This document shows, in pieces, positions 48,569-57,108 of a stretch of DNA of 64,000 bases. The position numbers were made by a program, and so were the translations under genes. Location of the stretch: positions 1 to 64,000 of the IMG/VR virus record IMGVR_UViG_2974549060_000001; one strand, written 5' to 3'. Below the pieces are notes generated by a model. It made no database searches and had not been told where the DNA came from. It was given only the letters and a program-made list of their open reading frames with translations. Every line of letters begins with the position of its first letter. The first letter of the stretch is position 1. Source of the DNA: a virus (taxonomy: Duplodnaviria > Caudoviricetes).

Positions 48569-49835
48569 AGTTTGAGTTCCTAATTTTGTCACCCAGGTCT
48601 GGGGACAGTTTGTCGTAGACACCATCAGTGGTCTGATATAACTGGTTCATGAGCATAGCCAGCATCTCGCTATCAGCGAAGTCGGCTATGATCTCTTTGT
48701 ACCAGTAACGGGTGATATCGCAGTTGTTTGCATGGCAACCGAACGCATCATGCACCGTGATAACCGGAAACGGTTTGTAAGTCAGCATGTCGTCGGTGAT
48801 GCTTACCAGTTTGTTCAGCATCCAGTCTGGCAGCTTGTGAACGTTGTCAGCAGTCAGCAGAGGCAGCAGAGACAGGTCAGCAATTTTCGCTTTCATGCCC
48901 AGCTTCGCCAGAGTGGTGAAGTCATCTACTTCACCCAGAGCCTGCTTCTTCGTGCCGGAGGCACGCATTTGCTGAGCGCTGACCAGTATCTCACTAGCAA
49001 CGCACACAACCGCAGGATCGTAGTTGCAACGACGCTCAATGCCACGCAGGAGATAGGCATCACAGCCATGAATGGTATTAGCAACGTTGGCCCGGCCACG
49101 TTCAGTACCCTCATTCACTTTGTATTGCAGAGTGAAGGTAGCGTGGTCGAGTTCATCCACTTCAATTCTGGTTTCCTTCGTTTCCATGACCTTAATCACG
49201 GCAGTGAACCCATCCGGGAACACCAGCGTGTGATTAAGGGCGAATGGACGCCATGAACCCAGGAGTTCATCCATTAACTGGAAGGCACCAGGGGCGATAA
49301 TCATCGCTGCATTGTAGAACGTGTCCAGCATGTCACCTTCACCGAATACACGCTTTGGCACGGCCTTTGAGCCGTAGCCAGAGGTCATTACGGCTTGTTT
49401 CACGTCCTTACGTGGAACAGTGATGGTAGCGTGTCCAGACTCCAGCAGTAGCCTGTTCATCTCGGTGGTGGTGTTGCTATACGCATCCATACGCTGACGC
49501 GGATCAATCATGCCAGTGTTGTAGGCACCAGCAATGCAGCCAGTCAGGGCTGACATAATCTGGATACCAGAACAGCAGGCATCGAAGTGTACGATGTGGC
49601 CTACGGCCAGACCGCGACGAGCACGGTCAATTACCATACTGGCTTTACGGAACAGCTCTGGTTCCTCAGCTTTATCAGCCAGCAGATCCAGGTTGTCGAT
49701 GTTATCTTCAATAAACTGAATGCGAGTTTCGAACAGCTCTTTGTCCATGCCATAGTGGTTGGCAGCATCAATGCAGAGATACTCCCAGCCATTGAAACGT
49801 TGGAAGCCAGTACCGAAGTTGATAGTATGTTGCAT
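48555..49835 (-). CDS. RNA polymerase II subunit 2 (N4 gp16-like)
   Basis: FDACCSGIQIM (motif A), RKDVKQAVMTSGYG (motif B), ANTIHGCDA, TVHDAF (motif C). Confidence 0.93.
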   Translation of the reverse strand: MQHTINFGTGFQRFNGWEYLCIDAANHYGMDKELFETRIQFIEDNIDNLDLLADKAEEPELFRKASMVIDRARRGLAVGHIVHFDACCSGIQIMSALTGCIAGAYNTGMIDPRQRMDAYSNTTTEMNRLLLESGHATITVPRKDVKQAVMTSGYGSKAVPKRVFGEGDMLDTFYNAAMIIAPGAFQLMDELLGSWRPFALNHTLVFPDGFTAVIKVMETKETRIEVDELDHATFTLQYKVNEGTERGRANVANTIHGCDAYLLRGIERRCNYDPAVVCVASEILVSAQQMRASGTKKQALGEVDDFTTLAKLGMKAKIADLSLLPLLTADNVHKLPDWMLNKLVSITDDMLTYKPFPVITVHDAFGCHANNCDITRYWYKEIIADFADSEMLAMLMNQLYQTTDGVYDKLSPDLGDKIRNSNYALS

Positions 49836-49845
49836 AAGTTAATCC

Positions 49846-50508
49846 TCATTTCCTGAAATTTAACGAGAAACCGTCTAAGTGGTTTTCTGTGATGTACTTA
49901 TCACGAGCCATAGCAGCTTCGACCTCGGTACTATAACGTCCCAGGTTTTTGGCTTTGCCGTGAATTTTTATAATTGATAGCCATTTATTTGTTTGTTTAC
50001 AACGGCTTACACCAATGTATTTGGATGATGTACCCGATTTTTTACGTCGGTTACGCTGTTGCAGGTATTCTGTAACCCAGGTGCAATTTGAAGGCCCGTA
50101 GTTGCCATCAGGGTCTTTTCTCTCAATGGTTAGTACGTCGCAATAACCTGCTTGCATAGCCCAACCATAGAAAGCCTCAAAGCTATCCAACCATTCTTTG
50201 CATACAGTAACCCCTTTACCCCCATAATTGTGGTAACCACTTATATTTGGGTTACTACACCGATTGATCATACCTTTGTAGATCTTGTAAATTCGAGATG
50301 TGGACTGACCGTGTTTGGTAATAACTTCTTGGTTGTAACAACCACATGAAGTTGTTTCCCCCCTACGTAAGCTATTGAGCAGTACAATTTTTTCTTTCCC
50401 ACAATCACATTTAACCCACACTCTACGGTCTTTAGTGCAAGACTCGGCATCATCAGTAATGATTAAACGGCCATATACTTCACCCACTACATTTTTTCTT
50501 GGTTTCAT
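49846..50508 (-). CDS. HNH-AP2 homing endonuclease between the RNAP II subunits
   Basis: KCDCG..TSCGC..RC..YGGKGVTVCKEW..TIERKDPDGNYGPSNCTW..SKYIGV. Confidence 0.9.
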   Translation of the reverse strand: MKPRKNVVGEVYGRLIITDDAESCTKDRRVWVKCDCGKEKIVLLNSLRRGETTSCGCYNQEVITKHGQSTSRIYKIYKGMINRCSNPNISGYHNYGGKGVTVCKEWLDSFEAFYGWAMQAGYCDVLTIERKDPDGNYGPSNCTWVTEYLQQRNRRKKSGTSSKYIGVSRCKQTNKWLSIIKIHGKAKNLGRYSTEVEAAMARDKYITENHLDGFSLNFRK

Positions 50509-51491
50509 TTACGTTTGAACTCCTCTGGTACTCCAGTGACAACCTCCGTATCAGCTAAGTTGATCGAGGCTTTTTTGAAAGATGTCCCCTGGCAGTTAAT
50601 GTGATAACCTTGAGAGTACATTCTACCCCTTTTATCAACTTTATTCGACAAATAGAACCGGTTGCCCTGGTTCACCATGAGCGAGTAGAAGTAATAGGAC
50701 TGCTCTTTGTAAGCAGCCCAGTTATCCTTCTGCTTACGGATCATGTCGGCTACCTGCCAATCGGATAAATCCTCGTCGCTCTCAATAGAATCGAGATCGT
50801 GAGTTGGTTCCTCTTCCACTGTACATAGGAACTCCACATCCAGGGACAGAGGAACGCTATTGCGTGAATTGAGTACATCAAGGCAGATGTTTCCGTCATG
50901 ATGGTTGAACCCTCCACCCAGGATGAGCGAGTCGTTCTGGTGGGTGTAATAGGCGGTTGAACGGTTGTTCACGAGCTTCTGAGGCTCACAAACCAGTGGT
51001 GGCAAATAGCATGAATATGCAATGAAATTGCCTAACTCTTCACTAAAGGTGATGTTACTTTGAATCTGGATTGGGCTGTTACGGTGACGTTTGATGAGGT
51101 CAAACACATCGGTTTCAGCCAATACAGCCAGCACTTCGGCAATGGTCTGCACGCTATCACGCTTATCGTCGAAGCCGATGCGTGAAGCCAGTTGACCAAT
51201 GGCATTGACCAGTGGAGTCTCGGCCTGGAAGTACACGACACCCACGAATATCTCGGTGACGAGTTTTTCCAGATCCAGTTGAGCCAGATGATGTAGACGG
51301 ACAGCTTTGCTGTCGTAATACTGCTCGGCCATCCACTGTTTCAGTAGTTCCACACCCTGTGCCACTTCTGGCAGCAGATTCTCTTCACCTTCAAACAACT
51401 CCTTACGGATGTATCCGTCGATATGACGGCGATTAAACTGCCTCTCGTTTATGAGCTGTAATTCTTTAGGCGGTAACCACTTATGTTCCAT
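50505..51491 (-). CDS. RNA polymerase II subunit 1 (N4 gp15-like)
   Basis: YLPPLVCEP, LNSRNSVPLSLD, VDKRGRMYSQGYHINCQG (DxRGR motif). Confidence 0.92.
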   Translation of the reverse strand: MEHKWLPPKELQLINERQFNRRHIDGYIRKELFEGEENLLPEVAQGVELLKQWMAEQYYDSKAVRLHHLAQLDLEKLVTEIFVGVVYFQAETPLVNAIGQLASRIGFDDKRDSVQTIAEVLAVLAETDVFDLIKRHRNSPIQIQSNITFSEELGNFIAYSCYLPPLVCEPQKLVNNRSTAYYTHQNDSLILGGGFNHHDGNICLDVLNSRNSVPLSLDVEFLCTVEEEPTHDLDSIESDEDLSDWQVADMIRKQKDNWAAYKEQSYYFYSLMVNQGNRFYLSNKVDKRGRMYSQGYHINCQGTSFKKASINLADTEVVTGVPEEFKRK

Positions 51492-51497
51492 ACGTCC

Positions 51498-51917
51498 TCA
51501 CTGAGCAAAGCGAATAAAGATTTTCCATACACCACGTTTAGGGTTAACGCAGAGTGTTGTTACTACGATTCCACCGGCCATATATAAGTGGCGACGTTTG
51601 TGATCCTCCTTGATTTGGTCGGCCCAATACACTATCCCGGTAATAGTGAAGTGGTGGGGTTGAGGCATCAGTAACCACCTAGTTTTAATTTCATCCATCA
51701 GTGCCTGCGAAATCTTCAATGCCCGGTTATCACCTCTGGCTTGCAGATACTGCGGCTCAGTTACTGTTTGTAGCTCCAGCGATTCATGCAGAGCTTCTCC
51801 ATACTGTTGGGCATATCTACCCATTTGGCTTTTACCAATACGTCTACCATACCTAATCTCGTTAGCCATATCACCCCAACGCTCTGCTTCACGCTTACGA
51901 TTCTCTTTGTAGCCCAT
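51498..51917 (-). CDS. Hypothetical protein
   Basis: 139 aa, coupled. Confidence 0.6.
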   Translation of the reverse strand: MGYKENRKREAERWGDMANEIRYGRRIGKSQMGRYAQQYGEALHESLELQTVTEPQYLQARGDNRALKISQALMDEIKTRWLLMPQPHHFTITGIVYWADQIKEDHKRRHLYMAGGIVVTTLCVNPKRGVWKIFIRFAQ

Positions 51918-51926
51918 TAGTCACCC

Positions 51927-52211
51927 CTATAGTCTTAACCATGTTTGATAATCAGCTTCCGAATACTCAGTATCCACTGACTGCTTTACGGCTTTCAGTT
52001 CTTTCAACTGGGCACCACGAGTACGCTGTGGGTCAGTGTCTTCCATCAGCTCAATGTGGTCTTCACAAGCGTAATGCTTGTACGTGTCACGCGTACCCAT
52101 ACGTGGGGCATAACGTGTCATACGTGTTGCTACGCGCTTAATTCCTAATGCTTTGCAGAACTTGCAATAGGTATGGCACTTGGCCTTACTGGTTTCAGCA
52201 GACATACACAC
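51927..52211 (-). CDS. Cys/His-containing hypothetical protein
   Basis: CHTYCKFC...CEDH. Confidence 0.6.
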   Translation of the reverse strand: MCMSAETSKAKCHTYCKFCKALGIKRVATRMTRYAPRMGTRDTYKHYACEDHIELMEDTDPQRTRGAQLKELKAVKQSVDTEYSEADYQTWLRL

Positions 52212-52214
52212 CTC

Positions 52215-52246
52215 AATAAAACAGCCATCCCCGAAGGGATGGCATG
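52215..52246 (-). terminator. Intrinsic terminator (UUCG loop)
   Basis: Minus strand GCCATCCC-TTCG-GGGATGGCTGTTTT. Confidence 0.8.
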
Positions 52247-52250
52247 TGGC

Positions 52251-52547
52251 TTACGCGAGTTCGAACTTCTGACCTTCCGGCGTTGCTTCGCCATAGGACA
52301 GTACGATACGAGATGCCAGAGCTTTCAGTCGCTTTTCAACGTCTGCATCAGACTTACAGTCTTTCAGTATGTCGATGATCATGCCTTCCAGCGGGTGAGT
52401 TTCACGCAGGCCGATACCCTGACCACCCAAGCGTTTCAAGCCCTGTTTGGTCATGATGCCAATGTTCAGATAGCCCGCAACTTTGTTACGGTTAGCGTCA
52501 GTAGCAGGAGTGTTTGCAGCAGAAGAACGACGATTGAAACCAGCCAT
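52251..52547 (-). CDS. Probable N4 gp2-like ssDNA-binding RNAP II cofactor
   Basis: AGYLNIG resembles N4 gp2 (YWLNIG); low-complexity N-terminus; own hairpin promoter and terminator; upstream of RNAP II. Confidence 0.6.
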   Translation of the reverse strand: MAGFNRRSSAANTPATDANRNKVAGYLNIGIMTKQGLKRLGGQGIGLRETHPLEGMIIDILKDCKSDADVEKRLKALASRIVLSYGEATPEGQKFELA

Positions 52548-52610
52548 GATAAGTACCTCGATGAATGAGTAGAAGAATGATGGGCGATTTTGCCCTTGAT
52601 TTACCACACA

Positions 52611-52625
52611 AGGCGCTATGCGCCT
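52611..52625 (-). promoter_or_regulatory. vRNAP hairpin promoter (TAT loop)
   Basis: Template strand AGGCGC-TAT-GCGCCT; N4 spacing gives +1 at C52607. Confidence 0.7.
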
Positions 52626-52907
52626 CTAACAGATGACTAAGCAGCTCACACGAGATTGCCAGCCTGCATAAGCAACGGAACTGCTTTCGATTTGGTCGTT
52701 GAAGGCCATCAGGTCTTCGAACGCTTCACGGCCCAAAACAGAGGCAGCAACCTCCGTCTGAGTAGCTAAAGACAGGTCGGTCATGACCAGTTGGGTCAGA
52801 CCTTTACGGAACAGGAATAATGCCAGGTCACGCATTTCACCATCACGCCATGCACGAGCACACCAGCGAAGGTTTGTTTGAGCGTGGTCAATATTCATAG
52901 TCGGCAT
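52626..52907 (-). CDS. Hypothetical early protein
   Basis: 93 aa, AAGGA SD. Confidence 0.7.
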   Translation of the reverse strand: MPTMNIDHAQTNLRWCARAWRDGEMRDLALFLFRKGLTQLVMTDLSLATQTEVAASVLGREAFEDLMAFNDQIESSSVAYAGWQSRVSCLVIC

Positions 52908-52973
52908 ACAGTTTTCCTTTAGGGGTAGACGTGGACACCAGCAGCCCCGATATCCACGATAATTGTTCTATGT

Positions 52974-52990
52974 AACGCGCTATGCGCGTT
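52974..52990 (-). promoter_or_regulatory. vRNAP hairpin promoter (TAT loop)
   Basis: AACGCGC-TAT-GCGCGTT. Confidence 0.7.
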
Positions 52991-53273
52991 GGTTTTCACC
53001 AACCACGTAGAGCAGATGCACCGGTATTACTGGGTACAGCCCCAGCAAACATTTAGTCGCTAATGGGTATCTTTCATCCTTTGGAATAATGAACGTGTAG
53101 TACACGCCAGCATGTCGAAACAGGTAGGATTCATTGATGTCCATTTGAGATGGGGTGTAAGCAAACACACTGAGATCGGCAAGAATCGTGCCTTCATCAA
53201 CAGATGTTATCTGGTTTATATCCCAGTCGATTACTGCGGTTAACTCTTTGGATTTATAAGTATGTTCAGCCAT
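52980..53273 (-). CDS. Hypothetical early protein
   Basis: 97 aa, coupled. Confidence 0.65.
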   Translation of the reverse strand: MAEHTYKSKELTAVIDWDINQITSVDEGTILADLSVFAYTPSQMDINESYLFRHAGVYYTFIIPKDERYPLATKCLLGLYPVIPVHLLYVVGENQRA

Positions 53274-53578
53274 TACATGCCCTTAATTGCCACCTCCACC
53301 ATCGTTACCTCTGGCTTCTTGAGCATGTGATGGGTCACATACACCGCAAGGATAAGGAACTTGCTTTCGATACCAGGGATGGTAATGAGTTGTTGGACGG
53401 CTCCGGCCAGATTGTTCGGGCCTAAGTTGAACTTATTCAGGTTGATGGGCATAGTGCCCTTCCACTCGAATTTAGGTGTCAGCAGACGCAGTGTACGCAG
53501 TTCGTCATACTGGCTGGCAGATAGCCAGCCCAGTGACTCCCCGTCGCTCACACGAAACAGAGCGTGCTCTGTAATCAT
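53273..53578 (-). CDS. Early small protein, RTxxLLG-motif family
   Basis: WLSASQYDELRTLRLLT. Confidence 0.75.
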   Translation of the reverse strand: MITEHALFRVSDGESLGWLSASQYDELRTLRLLTPKFEWKGTMPINLNKFNLGPNNLAGAVQQLITIPGIESKFLILAVYVTHHMLKKPEVTMVEVAIKGM

Positions 53579-53898
53579 ATATACGGTTCCCCACTCGAAT
53601 CGACTGGAGGCTTATATTTCAGCCACCACTTCATCAGTGTTTTACGGTTAACAGTACGGATTGCTGCCTCTGGATCGAATACCTTCCCACGCCAATGTTC
53701 CGGGCAATCCCGGTATACTGGGACAGGTGGATTACCTGCCTCAAACCAGTAAACAATGGTTGGGAAGTCAAACTCCAGGTCAGGCATAATCAGTTGCTGG
53801 GTACGAATTTGATCGAACTCATCCTGGGTCATGGTTGTTTCAGCAATAAGCTGAATACCAGTACCAGCACGTTTAAGTACGTCACGTAGTATTATCAA
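53575..53898 (-). CDS. Early small protein, RTxxLLG-motif family
   Basis: TMTQDEFDQIRTQQLIM. Confidence 0.75.
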   Translation of the reverse strand: MIILRDVLKRAGTGIQLIAETTMTQDEFDQIRTQQLIMPDLEFDFPTIVYWFEAGNPPVPVYRDCPEHWRGKVFDPEAAIRTVNRKTLMKWWLKYKPPVDSSGEPYI

Positions 53899-54188
53899 AA
53901 TGGAATATCCGTTGTGATATTAAAATGCCACATTACTGGCACGACTTGATGCACATTGAGCTTAAGTATCTCGTCACTATCCGGGTCACAAGAACCCTCC
54001 AGCCACTGACCATTACCCAAATCCAGGTATGAAGTAATACCGTGGTCAGACTTAAAAGTATCTGCACGCATCTTCACTTTCTGGCTTTGTCCAGTCAGTA
54101 GCATTAAGGTACGAATATAATCAAGCTCGGCATCCCCCAAATGACATACCAGTCGGCTAAAGCCTATGGCACGGAGTTGATAACTCAT
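53895..54188 (-). CDS. Early small protein, RTxxLLG-motif family
   Basis: HLGDAELDYIRTLMLLTG. Confidence 0.75.
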   Translation of the reverse strand: MSYQLRAIGFSRLVCHLGDAELDYIRTLMLLTGQSQKVKMRADTFKSDHGITSYLDLGNGQWLEGSCDPDSDEILKLNVHQVVPVMWHFNITTDIPF

Positions 54189-54454
54189 CTGCGGAATCTC
54201 GCTATAAGCTCCCCATTCTTTTGGAAGTAGGGGAAGTTAATTGGCCCACTATCTAATTGAAGGAAACTACTATTTGCTGTTACCAACATATGTGGAATAG
54301 GCAATTGAGTTTTCTCAAGGATAGTGGCATCTACGATACAGTCTTCAATACCCAACAAATGCTGGGTACGAATATTATCTACCAGCTCATCGGTCACCTC
54401 GAAATAACGGTGACCATTATCGTTAACACTGATTGCACGAGCAAATTTACGCAT
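54185..54454 (-). CDS. Early small protein, RTxxLLG-motif family
   Basis: EVTDELVDNIRTQHLLG. Confidence 0.75.
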   Translation of the reverse strand: MRKFARAISVNDNGHRYFEVTDELVDNIRTQHLLGIEDCIVDATILEKTQLPIPHMLVTANSSFLQLDSGPINFPYFQKNGELIARFRR

Positions 54455-54457
54455 AAG

Positions 54458-54760
54458 CTACTCGAAGTAGATAAAGACGTTGAGGTCTTCTGAGGTGGGA
54501 CAGCTATAATCCATAACATCAGCAACAGGTACATTGAGATGGATACGGAAACCAGCATCAGGGATGTTATACATACGATGTAAATCACCCCCAAATAACG
54601 CTATGCGGTCAGTTTCCATTATTAACAATGGCAATTTAGTAAACCAATTATGGGCACCTAGTAACCGACGTGTGCGTATTTGTTTAATATCATCAGGCGT
54701 CAATGTAGCAATGAATGTATATTTGTACGCCTGATAGCAGAGATTTACTGGGTGCCCCAT
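54458..54760 (-). CDS. Early small protein, RTxxLLG-motif family
   Basis: TLTPDDIKQIRTRRLLG; start uncertain (MGHPVN). Confidence 0.7.
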   Translation of the reverse strand: MGHPVNLCYQAYKYTFIATLTPDDIKQIRTRRLLGAHNWFTKLPLLIMETDRIALFGGDLHRMYNIPDAGFRIHLNVPVADVMDYSCPTSEDLNVFIYFE

Positions 54761-55116
54761 GTCTTGTGCTCCGGTAGGCACCATGACCACGCTGAGTCAA
54801 AGTAACAATTGAATGGGGCTTCACGGAATAACGGAGCTATTTGGTTGGCTTTATATCCAGCTAGCCCGCAACCAATCTGAGTTACCTGGAACTCAAGTTC
54901 AGGATGCTCTTTGGCATACTTCACGAAGTCATCAATATGAGTCTGGATATCAGCCAGACGTAGGACTTCCATAGCCCAGCCTTTGGTGGGAATAGCGTAG
55001 CTATTACCGAAATGGCCGATGCCTTCACCCCATGCAGCACCCTCATGGAATACTGCATGTTTAGCGGCACCAGCACCGTGGATACCACGGAGATTACTTC
55101 CGAATACGAATATCAT
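54745..55116 (-). CDS. A1S_2505-like macrodomain-fold protein
   Basis: IFVFGSNLRGIHGAGAA..YAIPTK..FQVTQIGCGLAGY. Confidence 0.8.
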   Translation of the reverse strand: MIFVFGSNLRGIHGAGAAKHAVFHEGAAWGEGIGHFGNSYAIPTKGWAMEVLRLADIQTHIDDFVKYAKEHPELEFQVTQIGCGLAGYKANQIAPLFREAPFNCYFDSAWSWCLPEHKTWGTQ

Positions 55117-55496
55117 GGATCAGACCTGTTCAGTTGTTCGATCATTAAGTTCAGTGCTTTACGTTGACGGCCAACCGGCAATTCACCGTTAACACGGATG
55201 GATGCAAACCAGTTCTCACGCTTCATGATGGTGTACGTATTAGCGTCACCACCTTCACGTAACCAGTATTTTGGTGGGTCAAGGGTGAAGTTGGTAATAA
55301 CATCACCACGGCAATATTTATCCTCGTCTGCACATTCATCGAATACTTCGAGAATGGTTGAGCAGGTTGAGGGAATATTATCCTCTGGATACCACCAGCG
55401 AAATTGTCGCCAGAATGTGCGTAGTACATACGGGAACTGGTTATCTTTAATAAACCAGAGCATTAGGTACTCGAATATACGTTTTCTCATTTGCAC
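55113..55496 (-). CDS. Hypothetical early protein
   Basis: 127 aa, coupled. Confidence 0.6.
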   Translation of the reverse strand: MQMRKRIFEYLMLWFIKDNQFPYVLRTFWRQFRWWYPEDNIPSTCSTILEVFDECADEDKYCRGDVITNFTLDPPKYWLREGGDANTYTIMKRENWFASIRVNGELPVGRQRKALNLMIEQLNRSDP

Positions 55497-56143
55497 TCCA
55501 CATAAGCGAATATCACGATTTCAATGTCCAGGTCTTTACGAGCTTCGACCTGTGCATCACGGTCTTCAAGCTGAGACTTACCATAAGGTGATAACCAATA
55601 GTCAGGATCAGCTGAGTTGTACAGTCCGTCGAGTGTTCCACGACGCCACTTAATCAGATAACGATGAGCAGCAAGATGGGATTTAAAGTATTGAGCTTTA
55701 TACACATCTTCTTCGGTAAACTCTCTGGCTTCATCACCCATAGTCTTACGAGATATGAGGCGATGGGTCAGGTATTTACCGGTGGCTTTATCACGCAGGA
55801 AGAACATGCCTTTGAACGTCATGCTTGGTTTCTCAACCAGACGTAGCATGGTAATTTCCATGTCCTCACGCTGACGTGTGGGCACTGCGACTGGTGCTTC
55901 CGGGTATGTCCAGTAATACGAGCCATACTCGTCGCCATCCCAGTCTTCGCCTTTAGGCACATAGCCTTTGAGCCAACCTGTCAGGTAGATCCTGGCATGT
56001 CGCAGCTCACGGAATACACGAGGCCAGACTAAGCGTGGGTCGATGGGTTCCACATAGGAACCACCACGGCCACGGCTGGACTTGGGCATAGGCAGAAATT
56101 CATTACGTCGTTTAACGGCATACACATGCTGAGTTAACATCAG
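55487..56143 (-). CDS. Hypothetical protein with an internal tandem duplication
   Basis: RVFRELRHARIYLTGWLKG..REDMEIT versus QYFKSHLAAHRYLIKWRRG..KDLDIEIV; start probably MLTQHV. Confidence 0.7.
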   Translation of the reverse strand: MMLTQHVYAVKRRNEFLPMPKSSRGRGGSYVEPIDPRLVWPRVFRELRHARIYLTGWLKGYVPKGEDWDGDEYGSYYWTYPEAPVAVPTRQREDMEITMLRLVEKPSMTFKGMFFLRDKATGKYLTHRLISRKTMGDEAREFTEEDVYKAQYFKSHLAAHRYLIKWRRGTLDGLYNSADPDYWLSPYGKSQLEDRDAQVEARKDLDIEIVIFAYVECK

Positions 56144-56382
56144 TTCCTCCGCATCCACGATTCAACGGGTTCAATGTGGAATTGCCAGTGGTTATTACCC
56201 AGGTATTCCACGGAATAGTAATTACCCATATGGTGAGTTTGATCCTTACCCATATGGTTAATACTTACAGCCGGAGCATCAATGACATTAACACCCAATA
56301 GTTTGAGTGTACGCATTTGATCCATCATGGCTTTAGTCAGCCAGATACCTTTACCGGTCTTACGACATTTGAGCTTTTGCAT
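56140..56382 (-). CDS. Early small protein, RTxxLLG-motif family
   Basis: WLTKAMMDQMRTLKLLG. Confidence 0.75.
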   Translation of the reverse strand: MQKLKCRKTGKGIWLTKAMMDQMRTLKLLGVNVIDAPAVSINHMGKDQTHHMGNYYSVEYLGNNHWQFHIEPVESWMRRN

Positions 56383-56653
56383 AGGCTTCCTCCACTAATT
56401 TACGGAGCGATGTCATAGCAGCATTACAGTCCTCACCTGGTTTAGAGATGTGGGTAATTTCAGACGGTGTACCGTCTTCCAGAGTCAGGCCAATATCTGC
56501 ATACAGAATATGACCATCACGGCCATCGGATTCCATAGACAGCTTAACGCCTTTTTCTTTGAAATAGATTTCGTCATCAAGGTTAATATTACGCAGCTCA
56601 ATAGTTATGCGGCTACCATAAGGACGCAGGAATACCAAACATTCGATACTCAT
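56360..56653 (-). CDS. Hypothetical early protein
   Basis: 97 aa, GAGG SD. Confidence 0.7.
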   Translation of the reverse strand: MSIECLVFLRPYGSRITIELRNINLDDEIYFKEKGVKLSMESDGRDGHILYADIGLTLEDGTPSEITHISKPGEDCNAAMTSLRKLVEEAYAKAQMS

Positions 56654-56892
56654 AGGAATAACTCCTCTAAATCAGTGGATGGTTCAAACTTAAGGGATAC
56701 CATTGCAGTCATAGGCTGTACCTCTGGCTCAATACCCGATAAGACTTGTGTTCGGATTTGAGACAGTACATCTTCCCTCGTTAACTCAGTAACAAGGTCA
56801 GTGATATTTAATTCGATAGTACCGTCTTTAATATAACGGCGAAGGATGACTTCATGAACGGCCATAGGATTTAGTCCAGTTGGAAAACTCAT
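56650..56892 (-). CDS. Early small protein, RTxxLLG-motif family (motif internal)
   Basis: LTREDVLSQIRTQVLSG. Confidence 0.65.
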   Translation of the reverse strand: MSFPTGLNPMAVHEVILRRYIKDGTIELNITDLVTELTREDVLSQIRTQVLSGIEPEVQPMTAMVSLKFEPSTDLEELFL

Positions 56893-56895
56893 AAA

Positions 56896-56912
56896 TATGG
56901 CCGGAGGCCATA
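56896..56912 (-). promoter_or_regulatory. Hairpin promoter candidate (GGA loop)
   Basis: TATGGCC-GGA-GGCCATA, immediately downstream (in minus-strand transcription) of a terminator. Confidence 0.55.
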
Positions 56913-56945
56913 AAAAATAAGATAACCCCCGAAGGGGTTATTTGG
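56912..56945 (-). terminator. Intrinsic terminator (UUCG loop)
   Basis: Minus strand ATAACCCC-TTCG-GGGGTTATCTTATTTTTT. Confidence 0.8.
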
Positions 56946-57108
56946 ATTTAAATGGGGTGAGTAAGCAGGACAGCAGGAAACAGCAGAAGCCGAATACGAG
57001 AATGAACGCCGTGAATGCCAGTTCAGCAATGAACATGACAATGGCGAATATAAACGGCAGCAGGCCAGTGAAGTAAAGTACGACCAGTACGATCAGGAAT
57101 GTGAGCAT
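56938..57108 (-). CDS. Small hydrophobic membrane protein (56 aa)
   Basis: Manual translation MLTFLIVLVVLYFTGLLPFIFAIVMFIAELAFTAFILVFGFCCFLLSCLLTPFKSK. Confidence 0.6.
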   Translation of the reverse strand: MLTFLIVLVVLYFTGLLPFIFAIVMFIAELAFTAFILVFGFCCFLLSCLLTPFKSK

